NCBI GenBank assembly: GCA_963752155.1
Contig: CAVVXH010000010.1
Coordinates: 128,001-192,000 of the forward strand
DNA length: 64,000 nt
From: an uncultured Parachlamydiaceae bacterium
GTDB taxonomy: Bacteria; Chlamydiota; Chlamydiia; Chlamydiales; Parachlamydiaceae
Direction: 5' to 3'
Made by a program: the position numbers and the translations under genes. How positions within the stretch are numbered: position 1 is the first letter of the stretch; each line of letters begins with the position of its first letter. The notes below the pieces were generated by a model. That model was not told where the DNA came from and ran no database searches. It was given only the letters and a program-made list of their open reading frames with translations. Positions 54,154 through 64,000 of this stretch are shown here, in pieces.

Positions 54154-54173
54154 CTCGGTTAAGATAAATGATT

Positions 54174-54899
54174 TCAGTTTATGGAATTCTCTAAATTTTG
54201 TCTATTGAATTCAGGGGAGGTTCTTAAAAGATTAAGTTGACCATCATGAAGATCATAGTGGATTTTGCACATCGAAGCAAGCTCCAAGTTATGTGTGACG
54301 ACGATAAGGGCTTTGTTTTTCTTCTGCACAAAATTCATTAACAAATGATGAATGGCAGTGGATGTTTCTTGGTCAAGGTTCCCTGAAGGCTCATCAGCTA
54401 AAATGAGGGAGGGATCATTGCAGAGCGCTCTAGCTATAGCAACGCGCTGTTTTTCTCCGCCTGAAAGAAGCTTAGAATGAAAATGCGCACGCTCGGCAAG
54501 TCCAACTTCTTCGAGCAATTCAGAGGCTTGTTGATAGGCCGCTGACCCTTTTGAGATGGAATGTCTCGAAATTTTGGCTGGCATGAGGATGTTTTCTAAT
54601 GTCGTGTAATCTTCAAGTAAATGGAAAGATTGGAAAATAAAAGCGAGGTGATTTTGGCGGATGGAACTTTTATTATAACGATTAAGCAATTGACCTGCAA
54701 TAGATAGAGTTCCACTGCAAGGGGGTTCCAGAGTCCCTAAAATTTGCAAAAGAGTACTTTTCCCTTGCCCTGAGCGGCCTGTAATGGCAATTGTGTCTCC
54801 CTGATGAATTCCTAGGGAAATTTTTTTTAATATAGAAATTTTCTGAGGAGTGTAAAACGATTTTTCAATATCGATTGCTTCGAGAATTTTATCAGCCAT
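54174..54899 (-). CDS. lolD: Lipoprotein-releasing ABC transporter ATPase
   Basis: GRSGQGKS, LSGGEKQR, ADEPSGNLD, VVTH; downstream of the lolE-like permease. Confidence 0.88.
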   Translation of the reverse strand: MADKILEAIDIEKSFYTPQKISILKKISLGIHQGDTIAITGRSGQGKSTLLQILGTLEPPCSGTLSIAGQLLNRYNKSSIRQNHLAFIFQSFHLLEDYTTLENILMPAKISRHSISKGSAAYQQASELLEEVGLAERAHFHSKLLSGGEKQRVAIARALCNDPSLILADEPSGNLDQETSTAIHHLLMNFVQKKNKALIVVTHNLELASMCKIHYDLHDGQLNLLRTSPEFNRQNLENSIN

Positions 54900-54911
54900 G
54901 TGATTGATTTC

Positions 54912-57050
54912 CTATTCTGCTTTGAGTATTGCTGAGGGTTTTAACAAACTTGCTTTAATAGCAGGGATAATGCCGGCGAATAGGGAAATCAGAGTCGTTG
55001 CAAGAATGACAAAAGTAAGTGCTTCGTAACTCACTTCCGAGGGTAAAGTTTCCCCATAGAAAAGAGGATTGAACATTTCGTGTCCTTGAAGGTGGCCAAT
55101 AAAGTCCACTAGAGGTTGAATGTTTTTTACCGTAATGAGAGCAGCTAGAATCCCAAGCAAACTTCCAATGGCTCCCATGACAATGCCGCAAAATCCAAAA
55201 ATAGTTGCAATACTTAGTGAGGTGGCTCCCATGGAACGCAAAATGCCAATTTCAAGTTTTTTATCGTTAACTAAAATGATGAGCATAGAGATGATGTTGG
55301 AGCATGCGACGAAGATAATGAGAGTGGCCAACAAGGTGTAGAGTCTCTTTTCGCTTTCTAATTGTTGAATGATATCTTTAGTGAATTCATAATCTCGGTA
55401 AGTTTCTATTTTCCAATAAGGAGTAATCCCTGCGGAATCAAAAGCTTTTTGAAGCTGTTCTTTAACGTATAGAGCATCGTTAGGTCTATCAAAACGCACG
55501 TTGATTCCATTGCTATGGGGGATTTCTTCGTGATTATAAAAGGAACGAATGAGAGTTGTAATCTCTTTTGGAGCCAGTATATATTTTCCGCCGATGGGAA
55601 TAATTCCTGGATCATAGAATCCTGCAACAAAGATCGGAATTCGTTGTTCTTGTACCGAAGAAGGTGTTGGAGCTAAGTAAGATAAGTAACCGGAATCTCC
55701 TATGAGAGTCCCGGCAGTTTTGAAGCTTTTGGGAAGCAAAATGCCTTCGCCCATTCCTTCTATTGTAGGTAGGATTAATTGTGTAGGTTGATGGTTTGGA
55801 TGGATCGAATAAGTCCAAAATGGGCTTGTCATTGGGGATTCAGAAAAATGAGTGGAGATTTCAGCTTTAGCAATCTGCAAAGAACCAAGAGGGATTATTC
55901 CTTCCAAAATAGTGTCTTGAAGGCGTAATTTGACTGAAAATAAAAGAGAAGAGGCGTCGTATGCTTCGGCAATTGATGTGTCGATTAATTTCGCATGTAA
56001 AAGACTTCCTTGTTCAAGAAAAAGAGACGGAATTCGATTGAGTTCTTTTTTGGTCCCATCGGCATAAATGAGTGCATAGTTTTTGCCGTTGATGGTTAAT
56101 TTAGCATTTTCGTAAGTATAACCTTCTCTCTGAGGTTTGGTCGTAAGAAGATGGCTCTTTTTTTGTTGAGCAACGATGGTTTTCTCAAGGTGTCCATTGC
56201 GTTTGATGAGTGTTACATTCCACAAAGCTTGGTGAGGAAAGAGCTCTTTGGGAAGGCGCCATCCCCCTTCCGGAACTTTTAACTGTTCAATCGTCGTATT
56301 TTTAAAAAAATGGGCTAACCGCTCTTGCACAATAGATTTTTCAGCATGCTGTATGGACTCAGAGGGTTCTTCTAGGTTGTCATCAGCAGTGAAAGAAAGT
56401 AAAGAAAGAAGGTTGGTCAAGTCGTCCATTGAAGGAGCAGCAATCGCCTTTGAAAGCTTTGGATTATATGGATCCATCGAACCTAGGTATGAAGCTTGTG
56501 AAAGGGTGCTTTGCTGTTGGTTCATTGAGAAATTGGAAGAATTAGAGCGCTGCCGCAAGAGTCTTAGCTTTAGGTTCCCCATCGTCATTTCATAGTCGGT
56601 GGCTGAAAGCCCAGGAACATCATGAATGTTTTCAATGATTCCAAAAACCGAACGGACAGGATCGATAAGATGACCATTTTTATCTAATTCCGGAGCTTGC
56701 CAGGTGCTAGGAATTTCTATGTCATAACTTTTATCATAGGGATCGGAATAGATGGCTTCTTTTTTTTCACCGATTGTTTTGAGTGAATAGTCAGATGCAC
56801 CGCTGACGCTATCTGCGAGGTAGTAATAAGAATGATAATAGTGAGCCGTAGGAGTCACTCGAACAGGGGCAGTCAAAGCAATGAGCTTATCCACCCAGCT
56901 GTTCATGAGTCCATTAGTAATGGAAAAAAAAACGACAATCAACCAAACAACGACAGCGATAACAAGGATGGAGACCATGCTAATGATTGAAACAGAAAGC
57001 TGTCGCCGTCGGGGGATGAGGTACTTGGCTGCAATCCCAAATTCATACAT
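54912..57050 (-). CDS. Lipoprotein-releasing ABC transporter permease (LolC/E, FtsX family)
   Basis: N-terminal TM, large periplasmic domain, EIGILRSMGA and PAIKAS C-terminal motifs. Confidence 0.88.
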   Translation of the reverse strand: MYEFGIAAKYLIPRRRQLSVSIISMVSILVIAVVVWLIVVFFSITNGLMNSWVDKLIALTAPVRVTPTAHYYHSYYYLADSVSGASDYSLKTIGEKKEAIYSDPYDKSYDIEIPSTWQAPELDKNGHLIDPVRSVFGIIENIHDVPGLSATDYEMTMGNLKLRLLRQRSNSSNFSMNQQQSTLSQASYLGSMDPYNPKLSKAIAAPSMDDLTNLLSLLSFTADDNLEEPSESIQHAEKSIVQERLAHFFKNTTIEQLKVPEGGWRLPKELFPHQALWNVTLIKRNGHLEKTIVAQQKKSHLLTTKPQREGYTYENAKLTINGKNYALIYADGTKKELNRIPSLFLEQGSLLHAKLIDTSIAEAYDASSLLFSVKLRLQDTILEGIIPLGSLQIAKAEISTHFSESPMTSPFWTYSIHPNHQPTQLILPTIEGMGEGILLPKSFKTAGTLIGDSGYLSYLAPTPSSVQEQRIPIFVAGFYDPGIIPIGGKYILAPKEITTLIRSFYNHEEIPHSNGINVRFDRPNDALYVKEQLQKAFDSAGITPYWKIETYRDYEFTKDIIQQLESEKRLYTLLATLIIFVACSNIISMLIILVNDKKLEIGILRSMGATSLSIATIFGFCGIVMGAIGSLLGILAALITVKNIQPLVDFIGHLQGHEMFNPLFYGETLPSEVSYEALTFVILATTLISLFAGIIPAIKASLLKPSAILKAE

Positions 57051-57059
57051 TGTAAATTT

Positions 57060-57218
57060 TTACTTTGTCTCTTTAAATTCTACACGTTCCCTGATGGTAG
57101 GGTCATACTTTTTTAAGGTAATACGCTCTGGGGTGGCACTCTTATTTTTTTCTGATGTGTAAATATAGGCGCTTTTAGAGCTTTTTAATTTAATTTTTTC
57201 ACGTTTGCTGCTTGCCAT
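57060..57218 (-). CDS. rpmG: 50S ribosomal protein L33 (missing from the ORF track)
   Basis: Manual translation MASSKREKIKLKSSKSAYIYTSEKNKSATPERITLKKYDPTIRERVEFKETK; cysteine-free (C-minus) type. Confidence 0.92.
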   Translation of the reverse strand: MASSKREKIKLKSSKSAYIYTSEKNKSATPERITLKKYDPTIRERVEFKETK

Positions 57219-57427
57219 TGAAATACTCCGAATAATGTGTGTTGAAAACTTAGAATAGCTGTTTTTTTTATTAACTGCAATCGAAATATTGAAACAGCAT
57301 GAAAATGGTTGCTTCCCTTTTTTTTGATCTTGTTATAAGCTGAATCTATTGACCAGCAATTCCCGCTAAAAATTAAAGACTAGCTGGCTGCGGACTGCTG
57401 GTCTATTGATCGTTTACCGGAAAAATT

Positions 57428-58474
57428 ATGCCTGAAAGTTTTATCGAATCGTCTATGCCCCAAGTTGATCCCGAGACAGCCCCTTCGGGCAATTTAAAAA
57501 ACTGTCAAGACCTTGCTTTTGAAGTTCCTTTGCGTCCACAATCACTTTCTGAATTTATTGGTCAGAATGCTTTACGTGAGCGGCTAGAAGTGCTTTTGGG
57601 TGCTGCAAAACTTAGAGGGGAGGCTTTAGGGCATTGTTTATTTAGCGGTCCTCCGGGGCTAGGAAAAACAACGCTTGCTAATATTTTAACCAAAGAAATG
57701 GGGACTGAGCTCGTTGTCATATCGGCTCCGGCCATTGATAAAGCAGGAGATTTAGCCGGTATTCTTACTAAGCTCAATGATGGAGATGTCTTTTTCATTG
57801 ATGAAATTCATCGCTTAAGCCGTACCGTGGAAGAATATCTTTATCAAGCGATGGAAGATTATACTTTGGATCTTATGATCGACTCCGGACCGGCAGCACG
57901 CAGTGTGAGAGTCCCTTTAAAGCGGTTTACTCTCGCTGCGGCTACAACGCGCGCAGGGATGTTAACAGCACCTCTAAGAACCCGTTTTGCTTTCTCATGT
58001 CGACTAGATTACTATTCTGCCGAAACGCTTCAAATTATATTGAAACGTACGAGTCAATTGCTGAATCTAACAATAGACTCTGAGGCATTATACGAAGTGG
58101 CCAAGCGTTCTCGTGGAACCCCTCGCATCGCAAATCATTTGTTGCGCTGGGTGCGTGATTACGCTCAAATGAAGTCAGGCGGAATCGCCTCCTATGAGGT
58201 GGTTTTAAAAGCTTTGCAAATGCTTGCCATTGATGAAAAAGGTCTTGATGAAAGAGATAAGAAAATTTTAGAGGTGCTTATTCACCATTATGATGGTGGT
58301 GCTGTGGGTTTAAAAACTTTGGCTGTAGCAGTAGGTGAAGATGCTGGTACGATTGAAGAGGTTTATGAGCCCTATCTTATTATGCAAGGAATGATTAAAC
58401 GCACACCACAGGGGCGGCAAGCTACTTCTTTGGCTTATTCCCATCTAGGTTTGCAAAATCCATTTAAAACATAA
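57428..58474 (+). CDS. ruvB: Holliday junction branch migration helicase RuvB
   Basis: LRP..FIGQ, GPPGLGKTTLA, FIDEIHR, RGTPRIAN, YEPYL..RTPQGR. Confidence 0.98.
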   Translation: MPESFIESSMPQVDPETAPSGNLKNCQDLAFEVPLRPQSLSEFIGQNALRERLEVLLGAAKLRGEALGHCLFSGPPGLGKTTLANILTKEMGTELVVISAPAIDKAGDLAGILTKLNDGDVFFIDEIHRLSRTVEEYLYQAMEDYTLDLMIDSGPAARSVRVPLKRFTLAAATTRAGMLTAPLRTRFAFSCRLDYYSAETLQIILKRTSQLLNLTIDSEALYEVAKRSRGTPRIANHLLRWVRDYAQMKSGGIASYEVVLKALQMLAIDEKGLDERDKKILEVLIHHYDGGAVGLKTLAVAVGEDAGTIEEVYEPYLIMQGMIKRTPQGRQATSLAYSHLGLQNPFKT

Positions 58475-58488
58475 ACTTTGGAGAGAAC

Positions 58489-59364
58489 ATGTTTTTGAAA
58501 AGATTGATTTGTAGTGCAATGCTCGCTGTAGCATTGTTATCTATGCCACAAGTGCAGGGTAGTATTGTAGATATGATTAAATCATCCTTTACCCCGAAAG
58601 TTACACCACAACCCCCACAAATTCGAGTGCTTTTAGCTCATAACCAGCCTGGAGTCCTCTTAGAAGTTAGAGGGAAGTATAAAATTTATGATCCACGCAC
58701 GGATGCGGTTTTGGATATTAGCCATCAGGGGAAGCGCCGCATGCTACAAGCACATAGAGGTGGGATCTCTTGGGGTGAAGAGTTTCCTGGAATTCATCAA
58801 CTTGCCATTATTCCCAATAATCCAGACACATTGCTTTACGTTGATGGAGTTGAGTATCGGGGGCCAATGTATGTTTATGATGTAGGGGATTCCATCAGCG
58901 TTGTTAATAAGGTCGATGTGGAAGATTATTTAAATGCTGTGCTCCCTCAACAGTATAAAGAACCTCTTTCGGATGAACTTTTGGCTGGAATTGCGATCAC
59001 CGCGCGTACATCGGCTTATTATAGTGCTCAGCATGGGAAGACACCGTTCTGGGATGTTGACGCACAAAAAGAAGGATATGGCGGGACCGCGATAAAATAC
59101 CATTCTAAACCATTTGAAAAGGCAATTCGTAAGACTCGTTATATGGCCATGCAGTATGCTCCTGGGGATGAAGGTAAGTTTACACCCTTAGCGGCATGGC
59201 GTTCGGCTCCAACTGAGAAGCTTTATCAAGGAGTGGTTTACTCTGAGATTACCGTTAGTGAGGCTGATAAATTAGCTAAGAGTGGGAAAAATGCAGCTCA
59301 AATTCTGAAGAATGCTTTCCCAAAAGCTTCTTTAGAGGTGATGTATACACCACCGCAATCCTAA
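58489..59364 (+). CDS. SpoIID/LytB domain protein
   Basis: Signal peptide, IRVLL, YRG..VVNKVDVEDYLNAVLP, AITART. Confidence 0.8.
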   Translation: MFLKRLICSAMLAVALLSMPQVQGSIVDMIKSSFTPKVTPQPPQIRVLLAHNQPGVLLEVRGKYKIYDPRTDAVLDISHQGKRRMLQAHRGGISWGEEFPGIHQLAIIPNNPDTLLYVDGVEYRGPMYVYDVGDSISVVNKVDVEDYLNAVLPQQYKEPLSDELLAGIAITARTSAYYSAQHGKTPFWDVDAQKEGYGGTAIKYHSKPFEKAIRKTRYMAMQYAPGDEGKFTPLAAWRSAPTEKLYQGVVYSEITVSEADKLAKSGKNAAQILKNAFPKASLEVMYTPPQS

Positions 59365-59366
59365 GG

Positions 59367-59488
59367 TAGCAAGGAGGGCAAGGACAGCAAATCCTGCATC
59401 TTCAGCAAGGACAGAAAGGACGACAAGGACGACAAGCAAGGACAACAAAGCAGGGATAAGTCTTTGCCGTCCTTGTTGTCCTTGCTAT
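59367..59488. repeat. CAAGGAC-family palindromic repeat array
   Basis: Several (AG)CAAGGAC units followed by complementary GTCCTTGTTGTCCTTGCT, between convergent genes. Confidence 0.7.
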
Positions 59489-59492
59489 CAGT

Positions 59493-60707
59493 TTAAGCTA
59501 AAAAACCAAGAAGATAGAGTGGAATTTTATTTGCTGACCCAGTCAAAATGCCATCAGCGAGGAGATATCCATTTTCATTTCCCCGTATCTGTTGAAACGA
59601 TTTATTTCTGCCGCCTACTTCGAAAGTGAAATCCTGCACGAGAAAATCTCCTTGTTGACTAAAATATACAGGCAATAAAGCATTTTGTAATTGATTAATC
59701 ACAAACGTTTCACGCACCTTTCCTAAAGCGTTTTCATCTTTTAGAGGTAAATAGGAGGCATAAATGAGATTCGTATTTTCAGGATACATCTTATTGGGAT
59801 TTCGCAAGGCGGCTTTACCGATAGATTTAGAAAAAAGAAAACGCAAAAGTCCTGCTTCTTGTAAAAACTTTAAATACTCTGAAATGCTTTCAAAATCCTT
59901 TCCAATATGTCTTGCTAGCTTATAAGCATTCAATTCTCCTGGTGCAGATTGGAGGACAAATTTAAAAAGTTGTTCCATTAAGGCAAGAGTGCCCGTTTTT
60001 AAAGAATGGAATGTTCCAATATCTTCATAAATCGTTTTTTGTGTTGCATTTTCAATCGCTTGAAATTTTTCACGCTCCTGAGAAAAACGTTTAAAGAAAG
60101 GGTAATATCCTACTTTTAAGTATTCATGAAAGTGCTTTAAGATACCTTGCACTGGAATTTGAGAGGTCATTTCATTGTGACTCCTTAACAAATCATCCAA
60201 AATAAAAACAGGTAGCTTAATATTTAAATTGAACTCGAGATATTCTCTGAATGAAAATCCATGGAGAGGAACAAGTGTTACACGTCGAGAAAGATCATAC
60301 TTTCCTTTTATAAGATCTATTGTTGAACTTCCAGAGAAAAGAATCTTAAACGTAGGATATGTGTCCACAATATTTTTAAGTTCTTGATTCCAATTTGGAT
60401 ATTTATGTATTTCATCAATGCATAGGAGTCGTATGTCTGTTTCTTTGTAAAGGCGATCAACTAATTCGAGTAATTGGTGATCAAGGAAATAGAGGTTATC
60501 AGCGGAAATATACAAAGAGCGCCGTTTTTTAGCTCCGTTTTTGATTGCATAGTGCAACAAAAAAGTGGTTTTTCCAATTCCTCTAGGACCTACAATTCCG
60601 GTCACGTAATTGTCAAAAGTAATGGAATCTAAGGCTCTTCTGGCATAATAAGGCTGCTCTTCAAACTGTTCAAAAATGATCTGTTGAATGTCAAATAGTT
60701 TTTCCAT
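59493..60707 (-). CDS. AAA_14-family ATPase with C-terminal nuclease-like motif
   Basis: GPRGIGKTT, IDEIHKY, SGSS, DLSRR, GYYPF, RETF, GDF...FEVGGRNK. Confidence 0.88.
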   Translation of the reverse strand: MEKLFDIQQIIFEQFEEQPYYARRALDSITFDNYVTGIVGPRGIGKTTFLLHYAIKNGAKKRRSLYISADNLYFLDHQLLELVDRLYKETDIRLLCIDEIHKYPNWNQELKNIVDTYPTFKILFSGSSTIDLIKGKYDLSRRVTLVPLHGFSFREYLEFNLNIKLPVFILDDLLRSHNEMTSQIPVQGILKHFHEYLKVGYYPFFKRFSQEREKFQAIENATQKTIYEDIGTFHSLKTGTLALMEQLFKFVLQSAPGELNAYKLARHIGKDFESISEYLKFLQEAGLLRFLFSKSIGKAALRNPNKMYPENTNLIYASYLPLKDENALGKVRETFVINQLQNALLPVYFSQQGDFLVQDFTFEVGGRNKSFQQIRGNENGYLLADGILTGSANKIPLYLLGFLA

Positions 60708-60720
60708 ATTTTTTTGCTTT

Positions 60721-60763
60721 GGTTGTAACCGAATAATACAAAATAAATCGTTCGGTTACAACC
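60721..60763. promoter_or_regulatory. 13-bp inverted repeat upstream of the ATPase (operator and/or glgX terminator)
   Basis: GGTTGTAACCGAA-N17-TTCGGTTACAACC. Confidence 0.55.
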
Positions 60764-60779
60764 TAATTCTTTGTTGAAA

Positions 60780-62756
60780 TTAAAACAATCGCAGAATACT
60801 TCTGCATTTTGTGTGAATTGATGTAACAGGAAATTGATCAGGATGTTCATTGAAGTCTTGAGGTGAAGGCTTTGCTGTGTTCACAACCCAATGCCAGTTG
60901 GTTTTAATGGGAGAAGGTGGCAACATAACTTCCTTTGATTGCTCTTGGGCATTAAATGCAACGAAAATTGCTTTATTTGGACCTTTTAAGGTAAAGGCTA
61001 AAAAGGAGTCTTGTTCCTCCCAATTTGGCTTTTTACTCTGGCTGTCATGCCAATCAATGTCACGATCAGTCAGGAAGGCAGAATGTCTGAGCTCTGGATG
61101 TCGTTTGCGAAATGCAATCATCAGACGGTAGAAGCGATGGAACTCAGAATTTTTTTCGAGCTGATCCCACAAAAACCAACTGAGCTCGTTATCTTGGCAC
61201 TAGGTATTATTATTGCCTTTTTTGGTGTGCCCATATTCATCACCCATGTATAGCATAGGGATCCCTTGAGAAAGATAGGGCAAGATGAAAATTTCGCATT
61301 TGGCTTCGCGCAAATCCAAGATAGCCGGATCATTTGTTGCTCCTTCCACTCCGCAATTCCAGCTATCGTTAAAGCTGGACCCATCGTGATTGTCTTCGCC
61401 ATTTTCATATTATGTTTTTGGTTGTAGGAAACAAAATCCGCTAAGGTAAATCCGTCGTGGGCGGTAATAAAGTTAATACTGCTAGAGGTTTACGAAGGCG
61501 AAAGATGTCCTGAGACCCACAAAGGGCTGAACGAAATTTGCTTTATTTCCCGGAGCTCCTTTAATGAAACTTTCTAACAATATCGCGATAATGGCCATTC
61601 CATTCAGACCATCTTAGCTTGCGTTGGCCAAAAATTACCCAACTGATATAGCCCGCCAGCATCCCAAGGTTCAGCAATCCATTTTTTTCCCTAAAATGGG
61701 GTCTTCCGTAATAGCTTCAATAAGAGGAACTTTTTGAAGGACTTCTCCATGTCACCACGCATAAAAATCGAAGCTAAATCAAATCGAAATCCATCCACAT
61801 GCATTTCCACAACCCAATAGCGAAGACAATCGATGATCATTTGAATGACAACAGGATGATTGCAATTAAGAGTGTTTCCACATCCGGAATAATTAGTAGT
61901 AGCCACCTTGGATTGTAAATGTAATAAGATTGAGTTAGCGAGTGCTTTAAAGCTGAGTATAGGTCCTTTTTCATTTCCTTCGCCCGTATGGTTAAACACG
62001 ACATCTAAAATGACTTCAATGCCATTTTTATGTAATTCACGAACCAATGTTTTAAATTGAGTATTGGCTGGCATATCTTGAGTCGTGAGTGACGGATTTT
62101 TAGCTGTAAATCGATTCATGACGCAAAAGAAGTTTTGATGTGGAATATCCCCAAAAATTAAATAAAAGTTTATGTGTGTCGGGATTGCATAAGATACATT
62201 CCTTTTCATTAAATTCATGGATGGGAATAATTCGACAGCATTAATACCAATTCGCGTAAGTAGGGGATTTTTTCAATCATCCCTAAGAAATGTTCCGGGC
62301 TAGAGACATTGCTTGAAGGGTCATATAGTCAGCCCTCTGACATGCATTTCATAAATAATGAGATTTTCCGGAAGAATGTTTAATGGCTTATCGTTTTCCC
62401 AGTCAAAAGGGATCGGGTAATCGACTTTGCCTAAAGATTTATAGGGGGTCGTTCCCCATAGAGGGTTACTTGAAGTTTCTTTGGTATAGGGGTCTATGAT
62501 TAATTGCTGGTTTCCGTCAATTTCATAACCGTAGAGGAAGGGGAGAATAAGATTATTTATTGAAATGTGCCATACTTCACCTGTTTTATTTATATGCGGA
62601 TCCAGAGTAATTTATGCACGCGGGCTATAATCAAGGTCGAATAGCACAGAGTCAATTGCTTTGCTAAAGGACAATATAGAGCAAAATTTGACTCTTCATC
62701 AATGAAAGTACCCCAAAGGGATAGGGTTTGCCATGATTGAATTTAAGTTTATCCAT
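60780..62756 (-). CDS. glgX: Glycogen debranching enzyme/isoamylase (many frameshifts)
   Basis: GKPYPFG start, ILDVVFNHT, NYSGCGNT, VDGFRFDLAS across frames; position between the SpoIID-like gene and slc1. Confidence 0.9.
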
Positions 62757-63062
62757 AATCTTCAAGATATCAGATTTTGACAAAAAACAAAAAAAAATTA
62801 TTGTTTATTTTCATTGCTTTTTAATTTGCTACATATTGATTAACTAGGTTATACTGAGAGAAAGAGAGGGTGTTTCTTGTCTGAGGAGGGAAGTTTTGCG
62901 CAATTGGTGAACCTGGCTGAATCTAAATTTGCTCGGTACAAAAATTATTCGAGGAATCAATTTATTTTTAAATGCGTAGTTTATTTTTAGCGATAGATAA
63001 TTTGCGAGAGAAGTTAAAAATTGCGCATATAGGTGCTTCAACAATTATTTTTTGGAGGTTTT

Positions 63063-63582
63063 ATGTCTTTTGAAAATGCTAAAGACAACCTAAAAGAATT
63101 CGGCAAAGAGTTGAATCTTGAAGGTTTAGAGTTCGATGAAAACAACACATGTATCTTAGGGAATTGACGATACGTTCTCCCTTCATTTAACCTATGAACC
63201 AAATTCAAAAAGGTTATATCTATATTCTCCTCTTTTGGATGGACTTCCCACAGACGATAAAGTGAAACTTCGTTTATATGAGCGTCTTCTTGAGGGTCGA
63301 TGCTGGGCGGCCAAATGGCGGGTGGCGGTGTGGGTGTTGCGGTTAAAGAAGAGCTTATTTTAATTCACTGTACATTAGACATGGAGCATGCGCATTCTTC
63401 TGTATTGCGTGCATTTGCTCCTTTCTATGTTGAAACTGTTGAAAAATGGCGTAAGACATGTGCTGAAATTTGTGAAGGCCGCGATGATGCTTCAAAATCG
63501 CTACCCCCTCCATCTTCATCGTCTTCTCTCGCAGTCAATGCAACCAGGTAGACCAGGACCAGGTCCTATCATCCGAGGGTAG
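63063..63582 (+). CDS. slc1: Type III secretion chaperone Slc1 (CT043-like, CesT/SycE family), frameshifted
   Basis: Joined frames read MSFENAKDNLKEFGKELNLEGLEFDENNTCIL.IDDTFSLHLTYE...LLEG.MLGGQMAGGGVGVAVKEELILIHC. 3' end uncertain (63551 or 63582). Confidence 0.85.
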
Positions 63583-63695
63583 ACTGAAACGCGGTGTATA
63601 TCGCAAATGCATAAAGATATAGAAATTGTGCTTTGAGCAGAGTTTCTATTTCTTAATGCATTTGTCATTTACAGGGATAGGATGCTCTAGCTGGC

Positions 63696-63957
63696 GGGTG
63701 CAATTAAAAGTGGTGATTGCGTAGATGGAACTGAAGATTAAACACAAAGGCACGAAGACACAAAGAACACAAAGAGAGGTTATGGCAAAAAAATGAGAAA
63801 AATGGTGGGAATTTTCATTTTAATCTTCGCATTTCTTCAAATCTCCTCTTTCTTCTGCCACTACTCTCTTTGTGTTCTTTGTGTCTTCGTGCCTTTGTGT
63901 TTAATCTTCAGTTTTATTTTCGCAATCAAACACTTACCACCACTTTTAATTGCAACT
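63696..63957. mobile_element. MITE with 8-bp target duplication carrying an internal 50-bp perfect inverted repeat
   Basis: TAGCTGGC at 63688-63695 and 63958-63965; TIR core TGCAATTAAAAGTGGTG; inner arms 63729-63778 / 63864-63913 made of CACAAAG 9-mers related to family D. Confidence 0.78.
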
Positions 63958-64000
63958 TAGCTGGCTTCCTTTCTAGCAATTGAACTAGCAAACGTACTGC

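Overview
Chromosomal segment of an environmental chlamydia (Parachlamydiales-like). The assignment rests on chlamydial-type 16S/23S, homologues of C. trachomatis CT016 and Slc1, and chlamydial gene orders rpsA-nusA-infB, rpmG-lolE-lolD and ruvB-SpoIID-like-glgX-slc1. It holds one rRNA operon (16S-tRNA-Ala-tRNA-Ile-23S-5S) and housekeeping genes (tkt, folB, infB, nusA, rpsA, trmL, mip, lolD/E, rpmG, ruvB, glgX). Accessory content: (1) a decayed AAA_21/DUF4276 pair; (2) three unrelated AAA_14-type ATPases, each with its own upstream palindrome; (3) a convergent pair of large paralogues with a PLP-enzyme-like C-terminus; (4) a ~6 kb island (double J-domain protein, group IIC intron remnant, patatin, two glycine-zipper paralogues) bracketed by a duplicated 3' end of a penicillin-acylase-family gene; (5) a 1934-aa ankyrin protein; (6) a dense set of intergenic MITE/REP-like palindromes, several nested, with target duplications or an inverted internal spacer. 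Frameshifts in rpsA, nusA, glgX and slc1 are probably sequencing errors. All family calls come from motif recognition by eye, not database searches.
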